From Octopus bimaculoides (Eukaryota): 64,000 nt of DNA. A model generated the notes under the pieces. The model was given only the letters and a program-made list of their open reading frames with translations, did no database searches and was not told where the DNA came from. The stretch lies in the NCBI RefSeq assembly GCF_001194135.2, contig NC_068995.1:54894812-54958811 (forward strand), written 5' to 3'. Positions 41,830 to 56,026 of the stretch are shown here, piece after piece (positions within the stretch are counted from its first letter, which is position 1; each line of letters begins with the position of its first letter). A program made the position numbers and the translations under genes.

Positions 41830-41943
41830 ACGGAACGCCCCGCTCTCCCATGTATCCAGGTTTAAAATTTCAGCGCGATCGGATGAACAATACTCGAGTT
41901 ATAAGCGCACAAACAGACAGACAGCGCACAATTTTATATAAGA
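41830..41943 (-). mobile_element. 5' end of a non-autonomous Helitron-like element
   Basis: The minus strand begins A^TCTTATATAAAATTG, then a (GTCT)n tract and CCGATCGCGCTGAAATTTT. This TC start, GTCT microsatellite and ccgat...aaattt layout is typical of Lep1/HINE-type Helitrons. Confidence 0.45.
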
Positions 41944-42014
41944 TATATATATATGTATATATATGAACATATATATGCATACATATACATACATATAAAT
42001 ATATAGATATATAA

Positions 42015-42049
<35 letters not shown>

Positions 42050-43245
42050 NNNNNNNNNNNNNNNNNNNNNNNNNNNNNNNNNNNNNNNNNNNNNNNNNNN
42101 NNNNNNNNNNNNNNNNNNNNNNNNNNNNNNNNNNNNNNNNNNNNNNNNNNNNNNNNNNNNNNNNNNNNNNNNNNNNNNNNNNNNNNNNNNNNNNNNNNNN
42201 NNNNNNNNNNNNNNNNNNNNNNNNNNNNNNNNNNNNNNNNNNNNNNNNNNNNNNNNNNNNNNNNNNNNNNNNNNNNNNNNNNNNNNNNNNNNNNNNNNNN
42301 NNNTATATATACGCATGTACACACACACACGCGCGTTTAGTTATCCTTTTCAGGTTTTATTTGATTTCAATCATTATTTCCAATATGATATTTAAAAATT
42401 AAATTATTGCATACCATTGAACATTTTGAAACCATTTGCGAAGAATATTCACGTTGTATCTCATCTAATCTAATATCTTTATATATATATATAATATGTG
42501 TGTGTGTGAGTGCGTAGATATACACACACGCTCACAAAACACACAAACACATTCATACACATATACATATGCGTTGATATGCATGTTTCTAGAGAATACG
42601 CGTAAATGTTTTATTAAACTTTCAAATACATAAGGCGATATTATATTCAAATATTCAAAATTCCTTTGAAATCTATTTTCTATAGCATACTGCATTGTTT
42701 CATAGAAAGTATATAACGCGATAAGTATTTGAATGGCTTCGGTTATAAATGAATGTGATTCAACCGTACATATTATTGCTAAGCTTATAATATATGATAT
42801 TACTTCATTGATTTGAAAGGAAATTTCAAGTGTGGGAGTTCAGATCCCGATACGAATATTTGTATAGCAATGAGATTCATTAAACAAGCTTATGGAAAGC
42901 CATTTTGTGAGTGGTTGATTATACTGCGTTATAATGCGTGTCGTTCATTTTACACTGATTCCTTTGTACGACTGCATTTACGGTAAACTATGAGAATCAA
43001 GTCACCAGAAAATTGGTAGTGAAACGTACTATGAAGTAGCATTTTATACTTTACACATTGTTAGTGCTTTCAGTCAGTGATTTTTAATAGAGTTTGTCCA
43101 TCTATACAAAGTTATTCAAAACAACGATCATAGAATGTTGATGGGAATTGTTCACGCCAACTCTGTGTTTATATGACGAATATAAAATTGTCACGTTGGT
43201 AATGTGTGCTAGTGTGTAAATGTATGCCTGTATGTACACAAACAC

Positions 43246-43292
43246 TGCGACCGCAAATTCCGCTGCCCTAACCACTGAGCCACTGCATCATA
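43246..43292 (-). mobile_element. tRNA-like SINE head fragment
   Basis: Reverse complement GCAGTGGCTCAGTGGTTAGGGCAGCGG contains the A box TGGCTCAGTGG; truncated. Confidence 0.5.
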
Positions 43293-43361
43293 CACACACG
43301 CGCACACAAAAAAATATACGCACTGAGTATCATAAGTAACTTTTAGCCAATTAGACTGAGT

Positions 43362-43422
<61 letters not shown>

Positions 43423-44368
43423 GTAGATAGATAGAATCGCAACAAAATATCCCCCTACAAATACTGTAACTGAATATTTAATTGATCCAAATACTAAACT
43501 AATACCATTAGATATTTTTATGTAATATTAATTTATTGTAATTTGACTGGACTGGTGATTCACAGAACGGTTTTAAATTCAATATGAATTTTGTAAAAAT
43601 GCACTAATAAGATATGAAAAACTATATGCCAATTATATTTCTATTTCAATGATTTAAGACCAACGGTAGTTGCATTATAATGAATGATTATGGTTCAAAA
43701 TGATGTAGAAGTATAATTTTGACAATAAAACAAGATGTTGGTAAGAGTGGAATGCTTTTATAATTGAATATGAATTATATATATAAAGCTAAAATGTCTC
43801 CATCTGAGATACAAATGTGCAACATATATATGTGAGTATGTGTGCGCCTGAACAGATATGCACACGCGTGCGAGCGTACATGTGACTGAGCATGTATATA
43901 TATATATATGTTCTGAATTTTTTTCAATTTGTCGCCACCTATTTGGTAGCCATGTTGTTATGGAAATCATCTTGGCACATTCGTCACCCGGTAAATTTCA
44001 AGAATGACTTCGAGATTTCATAGACGCGAAAATCGTGTTCACTTTCAGCGTATAAATAGATCATAGGCGTTGATCAGTTGAGTACATTTGCTGATCAGTT
44101 GAGTAAATCTGTCAGTAATATAACTATAATGAGTACACGAAACAGCTGTAATCCAAATTTGATCCATGAAAGTATAAATATATATCACACTATGTAGAAA
44201 CCTGTGTCTCTATTTAGAATTTTGATAACCCATAACCTTGGACACTGCCATAAGAATATCTGGAGTTCTTCAGTAATCTAAATAATATCGTGAGCGTGGT
44301 GTGCCAGCAGGAAGCTTATGATATATTTTGCCCAGATTGATAATCCTTCGCTATTAGCTATATATAAA

Positions 44369-44422
<54 letters not shown>

Positions 44423-45831
44423 TTTACGTATATGAACGTGTGTGTTTTGTATATAAACTCAAAATGTATATTATATTATTACGTATTTAACTAATGATTT
44501 ATTATTCATTCGTATATTGCCGAATTGCAATTGATATGTCATGTTTATTTCATTCCTGTATTTGGTGTTATATTGGGATCTAAAATTATTGTTTACAAAG
44601 TTATGCTTCGTAATATTTATTATCCGCTCTTGTGCAGGCGCATATAAATAATAAAAAATATTGCACACGTATTCAGTGTGAATTTAGAAACTCTAATTTA
44701 CCCGTTTGCTATACGAAAATAAATGATAATGGTAAACCCAAATAATTGTAAGTGCTATGGGTATACGTAGCTAAAGCTTATTAAATGTATACGCTTACTT
44801 TTTTCTTTTCTTTCATCCAGAATGAATGGAAATATACCTGATCACAAGAAAGTGTGATGGAGGCAGATTAGGATTCAGACTAGAAGACTATAAAACATAC
44901 AGATCAATACTCATACGTTTGCAGCTCTTTGTCTCATTACTTCATTACCTTTGTAGCAAATATCGCTCTAACATATTTATAATTTATTATTTCATATCAA
45001 AGTGAAACTGCTACTTATCATGTCAGAAATATCTCACACAATGTTAACTAATCAGCATTGGCTTATATTTGAAAGCATTGCATTACCTAATCGCTGATAC
45101 TTCTGTTGCTAGGAAACCTAGATAAATTTGAAAGCAGATTTCAGAAATAGACGGGGGAAAATGTAAAATGAAACAAACACATCAACATTTCTTTCAGTCG
45201 AGTATTATTTGAGAGGAAAAAAGCAAAATTTTTTAATGTAATTGAGTTATGTATATTTTCGTGAACACAGTTGCGATTTTTATGTTGTTTATGCTTTCTA
45301 ACACTTTATGTTTCCGAACACTTTTAAAAGTTTCTTGGATAAATAAGCGATTTGGAGTTCAGTTTATTTCAATATGGTTTTGGAGACGAAAATGATTTAC
45401 TACATCATAGAATACGCAGACACTTAAAGAAATAAATAGAAATGGAACTACTCGTAAAAGTAACATAGTAAGTCAAGTGAAGTCCAATCACGTTATTCTT
45501 TATAATGTATCTAACAATCGTCACCATCACTTCACAACCACGAAAGTATGAGTTCAAGCCAACAACGCTGTTCTTTGTGTAACCCAACTTTCTCTGCAGA
45601 ATAGGTTAATCAGTGGTAATTGTTAAGTTTCGACATATGTAAATGAGAATTCTGAATATCTTCATTGCCACAAACGCAAATGCATACACACACCCACATA
45701 AAGATATGTACATACGTATAGACACAAACACACGCTTATGCACATATGCATGCGGTGTGCGTGTGTGTGTGTGTGCACACGCGTGGGTATGTATGTTTGT
45801 GTATGTGTGCGTATGCGTGCTTGTGGTAAGA

Positions 45832-45970
45832 TGTGTGGTCCAGTAGACAGTGAATTGCATTCACGACTTCAGAGTCATGGATTCGATTCCTCGACCAGCT
45901 TCATCTACAAAACAATTCATTTTGCATTGTGCCAATCCACTCAGTACCTGCAACGGACGGTCGTTCCGTT
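45832..45970 (+). mobile_element. tRNA-derived SINE, degenerate
   Basis: A-box-like TGTGGTCCAGTAG and B-box-like GGATTCGATTCC, followed by TTGCATTGTGCCAATCCACTCAG. Confidence 0.5.
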
Positions 45971-46073
45971 GGCTTACCGGTGAAGCTTGCTGGCAGGCAT
46001 CATTCGAACAGTGTGAATGGTGTTGTATGACAACAGCATATGTTCTCGTCGATAAAGCCGTATAAATATATAT

Positions 46074-46370
46074 ATAGTGGGTCGGCAACGAAGTTACCAC
46101 CGTTTTTTTTTTAGATTTTAGAATTTATTGCGTTTTTAAATTTTGGAACCTATTTTTCTCGAGAACTGAATTTGGAATGTATTTTGGAATCTATTTTGTT
46201 TTGTTGTTTTTCTAGTTAATTTTAGTTAATTTTTGTTTATTTTTAGATCATTCAAATGGAATATCACATTAAGAAAAACGAGCATTTACGACACCTACTT
46301 TTTGCTTTTAAACAAGGTTCTAAGGCCGCAAAAGCTGCTCACGACATTTGTGCTGTGTATGGAGAGGGTG
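46074..46370 (+). mobile_element. 5' end of a mariner element (TIR, 5' UTR and start of transposase)
   Basis: TA-flanked TIR-like TAGTGGGTCGGCAACGAAGT. ATG at 46256 gives MEYHIKKNEHLRHLLFAFKQGSKAAKAAHDICAVYGEG, a typical mariner N-terminus (EHFRHLLLFxFNQGxKAAxAARDICxVYG). It breaks off in a (TG)-rich repeat. Confidence 0.88.
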
Positions 46371-46420
46371 TGTGTCTATGAGTGTGTGTCTATGAGTGTG
46401 TGTGTCTATGAGTGTGTGTG
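46366..46420. repeat. Minisatellite (GTGTGTCTATGA)x3
   Basis: Read directly at the mariner break point. Confidence 0.85.
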
Positions 46421-48002
46421 TGCGTATGTGTGTAAGTATGTGTATACAAACAGACACATATTTGGAATGTCTTGATCCTCTGTCTACTTGATTAATGCGT
46501 ATATCTGATTAAGAATTATTTCAGTTGGCACTGCAAATATTGCATTTTCATTTGCTGAACTTCGAAATATCCATTCATTTTATATTACATCTATGTATGT
46601 ATGTATGTATGTATCTATCTATCTATCTATCTATCTGTCTATGATTCTCTCTCTTCCGCTCTATCTCTCACTCTCACTCTGTATATATATGCGTGTGTGT
46701 GTGTGGTGTGTTTATATTCAAACATTTCCATATATTAGGATGCTCACATATAAAACTGTGAGAAATAGAAAAGAGCGTATCGTTTACGACGAAATATCGT
46801 AACCGTAAAACGAAGTACTTTGGGTTATTTATTTTCTCACTAAATAAACTATATACCTAACTTGCATTCTGTATTTTAACTATACAAATAAAACAGAACA
46901 GAGAAATATACTGTTGGTTATAAAATTGCTATAGAGTTAATCATATGTATATAAATTATCATTTTATTTACCACATATTAAAAACAAATAGACTACATAT
47001 CAAGACTTTTATATCTGAAATAGAAGATACTAGAAGCTTCTGATATTGAAAAATGTGCAATCGATAATACAATATCTGTTATTATGGAATTTATTGTTGT
47101 ATTAATAATGTTTCTTTTGCATAGATTGTATTTTCATTATGGTGTATATTTCTTGAGACACCTTGAAGAGAGTACCCAACGAATAAGGAAACACAAAACA
47201 AGGAGCAATATATATTCGCCTGCTCTCTATATTTATTAATAACGACAAATTTATTGCCCAGTTTCAAAGGAATGTACATTTACTTAGCTTTGCTGAATTG
47301 GCGGTGATTCATTATGTCAGGTTTTTAATAACTTGTAGTTGGTATCGCTATGCAAGTGTAGTGCTATGTAAATGTAATAATACATCAGGATAATATTGTA
47401 GTATAATTGCAATTCACAATACCAGTTCGTGGGAAATACATTTGTTGTTGGTTAGGAATTTGCTTCTAATAAATCAGAGACAAGATAAACAATAATTATA
47501 TTTATACATGTGTATGTGTTACATGAAAGATTTGTGTAAGCTTTATCATTAAGAAGGAAAGTGAAAAATCATAGTTATATCAACCTAAAGTATACAAGTT
47601 ACTTTTATCTGCTTTTTTATGAGTAAGTGTCTGTATACTTATTAATTACGTATCTTGATCTTAGAAAAGAAGTGTGGACAAGTACGGACGATGATTTTTC
47701 TACGCGACAAAGTTGTCGGTTCTAATTTGATATCTACATTCTTTAAACGTCTATAATTACCTTCTCTAAAAGGAACTGTATTATTTGTACAACTTTGGTT
47801 CACATTGTTACACCAATCTCAAACTTTAATACGTAATTACAGTTAATAAACTTCGTGCGATTTTAAGAAATATATTTTCATAAATTTCAAGGCAACATTA
47901 GATAATATCAGTTCTATAAAAAGGATGCTGCAAAGACTAATAAGAATGCCTTTATGATAAATTATTTCAAGATGATATAGGTGTGTGTCTGTGTGTGTGT
48001 GC

Positions 48003-48335
48003 GCCAGGTTCCAGTATCATTTGACATGGTTTCTAAGGCTGAATGCCCTACCTGATGGCAACAACTCCAAAAGTTTAATGGGTGCTTTTTACATACAATC
48101 TGTACGGGTGTCATTTACATGACACCGATAACGGTCACGACTAAGATTTCACAGGTGCCATTTCCATGATACTGGTAACAGCCATGACTACAATTTCACT
48201 GGGCTTGACGAGTCTTGTCAAGCGTCGCATATCAACACGGGTCTCAGTTACTCGACATCGCCTTCGTGAGGCCCGACATGCTACCAGCAATGACCACGAC
48301 TACGATTTCACTGGGCTTGACGCGTCTTCTCCAGG
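48003..48335. mobile_element. Interspersed repeat resembling an RTE-LINE/SINE 3' tail, with an internal ~30-bp duplication
   Basis: GGCTGAATGCCCTACCTGATGGCAAC resembles the RTE-associated tail motif GGCTGGATGCCCTTCCTAACGCCAAC. GACTAC(A/G)ATTTCACTGGGCTTGACG occurs at ~48186 and ~48298. Confidence 0.5.
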
Positions 48336-51300
48336 ACAGCAAATAGATCGACAGTCATCTATATGTATGTCAGCATTTGTGTGCTGATATGCGCATAGGT
48401 GTTTCAGCATATATATTAATATATAAAGTAGAGATACACATATATATGGACCAGTATTTATACATATACACATACAAAAATACGTATATTACAGTATTTA
48501 TACACAAAGCTCCTGCATGTCAGCAGACAAGCTTCGTAAACATATAAGTGGAAATATAATTTTAGCTTTAATGATCAGGTTTTAGTATCAGATAAAATTT
48601 AACGCTTTCCATTAGAATCCTTACGTGGATATTCGTTTAAATAGAATTTAATATATTTCATGCTTTCGTGACACACACACACACACACATACACACACAC
48701 ACACATACACACAGACATACACATACACACACACACACTCACACACACATATATAAATGTATATGTGTATGTATAAATAAATATTTATGCGTGCATGTGT
48801 TTGCGCGCGCGCGTGTGTGTTTGTGTATGTGTGTGTGTGTGTTGTATTCTAAGTGTGGATAAATTTGAATTATAGACAATGACAGGAAATATTTCATATT
48901 GATTATAACCTGAACTATTCTGTCTAGTCACTATTTTCTTTTCTACAGATGCATTGAAGAAGAACTTTTCAGTCGTTTTTGAAAAGTTGCCACGCGTTAC
49001 TTTTTGTTGCATTTATAATATACGCACGAGAACTGAACAGTCGATGGCAATTTTGCCGTCTTGCAGTCCTATATAAGTGTATTTCTTTATATGTCGTTAG
49101 AAATTATCATCAATGAAGCGATATATCTGTGTAGCAATTAACTCCATTTATTACTCTTGCGTGTTTAAAATAATTGATACTTCTACTTGAGGTATGTCTT
49201 TTACTAAAATTAATTAAAAATACCAATTAATTTATGGATCATTTCATCCTAATTAAACGTCTTAAAGAACGATCTGTATATGTGTAATTAATGCTACAGA
49301 AAACAATTTATATAAATTACAATTTTTACTGAAATATTTTCCATTTATCATAATTCAAAATATAGCAGACGACGAGACAAAGACTAAATCTGACATAAAT
49401 ATATTTGAACTTCAACCATTTTTATCTGAGAGAAATATTATTTGACATTATTGACTATTTGCCGTATAGAAATAGTTAACATTTTTCACTCAATGAAAAC
49501 CGAAATAATATCCATTAGTTAAAATTTGAACAAAATTAAAATAACCAATAAAAAACATATTTCTATAATTACATTTCCACTTTCTAAATTCTTTGCTAAA
49601 ACGAAAATTGTAAGGTAAAAGCGAGTGAGCATGAAATCGATTAAAAGCATTATTGTTAGAAACTTTTTTCTTTATTCTGCCATTATAGTAGCATCGTCTA
49701 ATTACTGCTAACTAGATAGCATTTGCTACGAAGAGAAAACCCCAAAACTTTAGTTGCGTATTTCCTTTGTTTTACTATCCTTTTTCTTTTGTGCGCGTTG
49801 AAATCCACCTTTGATAAAAAAAAAATATATATATATATATGATGACAAGATTGCTGGTAGCAGTTACGCGCTAAGGGTTAATCATTTTATAACATATTTT
49901 CCTTCAAAGAAAAACATGTTTTTAACCAAGTGCACCACGCATCCTTAAAAATGTTAAGCTTTCTGCTCTGTGTAACATGCTTCAGACATTTGATATTTCA
50001 CTGAAACTTTGTATGAGCAATGCTAAAATCATGTGGAAACTGTTGCACTTTGTCACTACAAAATATGTTTCCCTGTATTACCGATGTATTTTCTTTATTT
50101 TATTGCGAGCTTTCCATACACTGTTGTACTTTTGTTAACTGGATATTATTGATGCTAAAGTATATATATGAGCATAACACCCAGGAAACTAATCTCAATA
50201 AACAGTGGGCTTCACAAAGTAAACTTCAGAGGAGAGCGTCTGATAATGTATTTGATATCAGCAGAAGGATTTGCGGGTAGCGACTCCCATACACACTGCT
50301 AACAAGCTATAGAATATTAGTCGATGTCAGAGTTAGTTAATTATATGTTCCAAGATAAAAAATCTCCCATTTCAAAAGCTGTCCTGGTGAAAATTTTAAA
50401 GTCTTATCTTCATAAAATGTCGCAAGCATTAGTTAGTTCTGAGATTTAAAAATCTAGAAGTTTCATGTTTCTGTTGCTCGCGAGTGGAATAATTATGGCG
50501 CTTTAGGTAATTTGAGGTTAAAGGTGTCCATATGACTATAATGAAAAACGATCGATAAGAAATGTTCAGTTGTCTTTACATTGGAATATTTGTGCATAAA
50601 AGCTTACTCTACGCTTGCTGAATGAGACTTAGTATTCCTTTATCGTTTTTTGCTTTATACAACTACGGGTGTAATGATGGTACGTCGGTTAGAAATTTGA
50701 GGAAGATTCAATTTTGATTTAATCTGCAAAGGAGTAAGCGGGATCAAAACTTCATACAATTTATTTGCGTATTAAGAGCTTTTACGGAATGAATGATTCT
50801 AAAATCCACCAATTTCAATGACAAATGGATTAAAGAAAACTCTCTACCGAAGGTACAACAAAGTGGATCCAGAAAATATCTATCCATAGGTTTTCGTTTT
50901 TGTGTTTGTGTTTCACTTTCTTTTCCTGGAAACACAACATAATTGCGTATAGTGACGTTCTCGAACGAATTAGGCTATAGATGTACGCGGCAAATTGTTT
51001 TCCGTTCTTGCTAAAAGTGGATTCATATCCCTAGACCAATGAAAGAGGCTGATGATAGCAAAAGAAATACTCATTTATACGTTATCGCAACATATTTATG
51101 GTAGTGTATAATAGATAACACATGAACTTTTCGGTCTAATCGTCAGAAATATACTGTTTGGCTTGTGCAATGTATATAGCAGACTGTTGTGGCGGACGCC
51201 CCCAGACAAAAAGTGAGCTGGTCCACTACTAATAAATGGTTGATTGGCACAGTCAGTAGAGTTGGTCAGCGAAGGTACGTAGAGACGACGAAATACGTCG

Positions 51301-53619
51301 TCATCGTGGGACATATCAGTGGCGACGAGGGTTCGGACAATATCACCATTGGGGCATATAGACTGAGAAAGATCAAAAGCTTTTGATAGAAGTTTTGTGC
51401 ACATTCTATGTCGAGATAGCCATATATTATTTCCAAATGGAAACCAAAACACAACTGGAAACTTAGATCATGTGTTGCGTATAACGTATATTCAGTAGAC
51501 GACCAAATAAGAAGTCACCACAAGCTATCTTCAAACGTTGAGGATATTATTTGTCATCCTCAGCAAATATCAAATGATTCAGGAGTTTAATATTGTTTAC
51601 CAAGAAATCGATGAAAATACGTTGTGCTATTTGCCCAGTAGACACGCTATGTGGTCAGAGTTGACCCATGCATCATGCACACTGGTGTAGCTAATTATAA
51701 ATGGCATATGCGTTTATTCTTAAAAGATGGAACCTCATGTTTACTGCACCAGAAGTACGGTTTAATGTGTGTTTTATTTCAATAGATTAAAAGAAAATAT
51801 TCTTGAAACCGTAATCAGACCTGCAAAACATACTTGACTCTCCATTAATATGCTGCTTGACCTGGGCAAGTTCAAGTTACAAAGGTAAACTTAGCTTGCG
51901 TTACGGAGATACAAAACCTTATATCATAGAAAAAGATAAATTGGTTCTCTTGATGGTAATATCTTATCAAAGTGAATTTGCTTCTATCAGAAATTAAAAT
52001 CAGTTCGAAATCCTGACTTTCACGTAATTTAGATTCTTGTAGCACCATCAAAATACTGATGAAATATTCGTTTCTTACTGATAGACGGCAAATAGTATGT
52101 GATGTAGGAGATAGAGAGAGAGGAAATAGATATTTTAGCTGTTCAAGAGATGAATACTTTGGCGATTAAATGAAGCGATGTATCTTAGAACGAAAGAATG
52201 AAGACGCTTAATAAACCCAAACACGATTTATCAGCTAGCAGTTATTCTGCGTGACCGCAGAAACATACTCTTTCTTTTATTATTATTTGCAGATTGTGTT
52301 TGTAAGGACGTTAGATATACTTTGATACTTTACTTTTAATAAAAATTGAGAGGTAAACGTATTTCAACGTTTTACTGTAACTTAATTTCAACATTTATCA
52401 GTGGCTACGGAAGATTGAAGTGACACATAATGAGTTTATCTTCAACAAAAGTAATATTAACATTCAGCTTTGTCATATTTGAATTTTCTAAATATTTCTA
52501 AAGGAATTATCGTTATTAATTTTAGCTACATATTTGAAAATATGATTTCAAAAGTACTAACATACGTATAAAGTAGGAACGCATATATGTTGCGACTGTG
52601 AAATATTATTATATTGCTTGTGCACATACTAATCGCGTAGGTGCTAATGTTTATGTGCTTATGGAACTGTGTATATGCACATCAAACGACTATGCTTGTA
52701 CATATGTGTGTGTATGTATGCGCGCGCGTATGTGTGTAGCTTTTTGTGTGCATTTGTGTTTATACACAGACAAATGCTTATATAAAGAAGTACAGCGATA
52801 CACACACGCACACACATATATATGTCAAGAAACATATTTATGTGCGTTTGTGTACGTATGTGTATATAGATAGATAAATAGATATATCTATATATATATT
52901 CTTATACATTTATATGCACGTACACATACACACATCATATACGTGCATGTGCGTGTATTTTATACTGTATTTGTTTGTATGTGTAAAAACAAAAGGAATA
53001 TTTACTGGTGCGCATTATCTAAGTCTATGCGATTTAAATTAAATTTTTGTTTGTATTTCTTTGTTAGTTCATGTTGAGATGGGATTAAATTTAAATCATA
53101 TAGCATCCTGTTAGTTATATGTTTCTTTTCTTTTTTATTTTCTTCTCATATCTGTGATAAATAAGCTTACAAGATAGAGTTGACAGCTGGATATATTAGA
53201 TAGCATTCCTGAGTAATTTTGCTTCAGATGTTTAAAAGTGAAATTTTCATAAGATTAAGAACAATTGGAAATACCTTCCGTCTGCTTCTAGATTTCTATA
53301 TTAGCTGATGAAATTATGGCGAAATACACACATACACACGCACAAACACACACACAGAAACACACACACACACACGCACAGACACACACACACATTTCCA
53401 TACCTATATATTTTTCACAATATATTCTACGTTAGATCATATGTATCGAAAGATGATCAACGTGGTTATATTAAATTTTATTGTATATTCGCTTATTTAC
53501 TTTCTATTTGATTCAAACTCATGTAATATACGTTCAACCACATAACGCCATCTATATACAATACCGATAACCATTTGACTAAATGGTAAATGAAGAGTAA
53601 GTGATGGTGATGATAGTAT

Positions 53620-53667
53620 AACGACGACGACGACGACGACGATGATGATGATGATGATGATGATGAT
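53620..53667. repeat. Compound (GAC)n-(GAT)n microsatellite running into a gap
   Basis: Read directly. Confidence 0.9.
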
Positions 53668-54310
53668 NNNNNNNNNNNNNNNNNNNNNNNNNNNNNNNNN
53701 NNNNNNNNNNNNNNNNNNNNNNNNNNNNNNNNNNNNNNNNNNNNNNNNNNNNNNNNNNNNNNNNNNNNNNNNNNNNNNNNNNNNNNNNNNNNNNNNNNNN
53801 NNNNNNNNNNNNNNNNNNNNNNNNNNNNNNNNNNNNNNNNNNNNNNNNNNNNNNNNNNNNNNNNNNNNNNNNNNNNNNNNNNNNNNNNNNNNNNNNNNNN
53901 NNNNNNNNNNNNNNNNNNNNNNNNNNNNNNNNNNNNNNNNNNNNNNNNNNNNNNNNNNNNNNNNNNNNNNNNNNNNNNNNNNNNNNNNNNNNNNNNNNNN
54001 NNNNNNNNNNNNNNNNNNNNNNNNNNNNNNNNNNNNNNNNNNNNNNNNNNNNNNNNNNNNNNNNNNNNNNNNNNNNNNNNNNNNNNNNNNNNNNNNNNNN
54101 NNNNNNNNNNNNNNNNNNNNNNNNNNNNNNNNNNNNNNNNNNNNNNNNNNNNNNNNNNNNNNNNNNNNNNNNNNNNNNNNNNNNNNNNNNNNNNNNNNNN
54201 NNNNNNNNNNNNNNNNNNNNNNNNNNNNNNNNNNNNNNNNNNNNNNNNNNNNNNNNNNNNNNNNNNNNNNNNNNNNNNNNNNNNNNNNNNNNNNNNNNNN
54301 NNNNNNNNNN

Positions 54311-54341
<31 letters not shown>

Positions 54342-55686
54342 TACTGAAAGATATTTTGAGTAAAATATCATACAACGAGAAGAGGTAACTCAGTTTAAAA
54401 TCTTTGAATCATGTACTTTGTATTTCTGTATCTGTATCAGTCAGATGCCAGTGTGTGACTTGTTTTAGATGAGATTTAAAGCGAAATATATTTTCATAGG
54501 TGCGGTAAATGAATAACGTTGGTAGCATTAGAGTTAAACAGAATCCTGCTGTGCGTTTTTGTTACATCTCTGTTATTTGGCATTCATCTCCGTTTTGATT
54601 TCTAATTTGGCAATGATTTCATTCCAAATTCATGAAAGTTATTTACTTTTGCGAATCCTTGAATTAAAGCAGTTGTTATTGCTACTGAGGACTGGGCAAT
54701 TTAATATTATACACAGCTGGAGTACGTTCTCAAAGTGCAATTCTCTCAGCGGCGTTACACATGTTACAGTTTATGTATTGTGATCATATTTCAAAGTAAA
54801 CCTTAAATTATTCGGAAATCGTTAATAATGAAATATGTTTTATTTGGCTGAAGTGTCAGACTATCAACGAAATTGTTTAGATAATATTTATTTCCTTCAT
54901 TATAAACATCTTTAGTTTGTTTACACATTGAGTCAAAGACCATATCAAATTATCTCTACTGTTCCAATGCCATTTAAAACTATTGTATAAATATGATATA
55001 TTAGTGATATATTTATACTGTTTCACGTGCATTCTTGCAATTTCTTAGTTGAGTGCATATACACGGAGGAAAAATATGTATGTTCAGGTTTATTGTTGTT
55101 TCTGACGATGAATTGATTGTATTTCAGTATTAGAATCACAGAAGGAATTACTTATTTGATAACAAGAAAAGTAATTATATATCATATATATGGTGTTTGT
55201 GAGTCAAGAATATCGGTGCCAAACAATGCATAGGTAGGGTTACGCACATTAATATATGTATATACGTGTATACATACATATATATGTGAGTTTGTTTGTG
55301 CGTATAAACGAACAAACAATTAAAAAAAAACAAGAGAAAAAAAGGAAAAAAAACGAACGTGTGGACGTGCACAAGAATTATATTAGTTCGACGCTCGGTG
55401 AAAGAAGATTGTTTTTACCGCTTCGTCGTAATGTATACCAAATTTTTTCCCATGCTTAACGACGAGCAGCATCATTAACAAAAACATGTTCTTGATCTCC
55501 TTATTTATGCTTGCAATGTGTCTTTCTCTAGAATGAGTATGGCATAATTGTGTAGAATATTTTGTATTTCAATTGTGACTATTTTATTAATTAGCTTTTA
55601 CTAAACGATATCGGTGTCATACAAAATACAGGTAGGTTTACGCACATAAATATATTCATATATATATATATATATATATATACAGA

Positions 55687-55763
<77 letters not shown>

Positions 55764-55976
55764 CATGAAAGGTAATGGTGTCAATAAGGACAAAGGGTGT
55801 CTGGAATGCTGAGCAAGTGCTGTGGACAGACTATAGTTAAGCTCCAGGTTCGGTGATTATGCGAATAAGGAGTCTAAAACAGGTCATATATCACCATGTG
55901 CATATATAAGACAAAAAATTCACAATGAGATAAGAATCCAAGGCTGTGAAAAATTTTAGAATAATTAGAAATAGAA

Positions 55977-56026
55977 GGTCTTACAGCTATTTCCGGGATA
56001 TTTTACATATCCCTTCATCGGAGATG
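55977..56026 (-). ncRNA. Minimal type-I hammerhead ribozyme-like motif (U4C core variant)
   Basis: The minus strand reads TCT-CCGATGA-A-GGGATAT(gtaaa)ATATCCC-G-GAAA-TAGCTG-TA^-AGA: stem I TCT/AGA, perfect 7-bp stem II, near-palindromic stem III ATAGCTGT and a GUA cleavage triplet. Confidence 0.6.

Noticed and set aside
51372-51390. KAFD reverse-transcriptase motif
   Set aside because: It arises on both strands from the palindrome AAAAGCTTTT, and the flanks do not match RT domains.
53300-53330. CTGATGA...GAAA hammerhead-like core
   Set aside because: No pairing for stem II, stem III or stem I.
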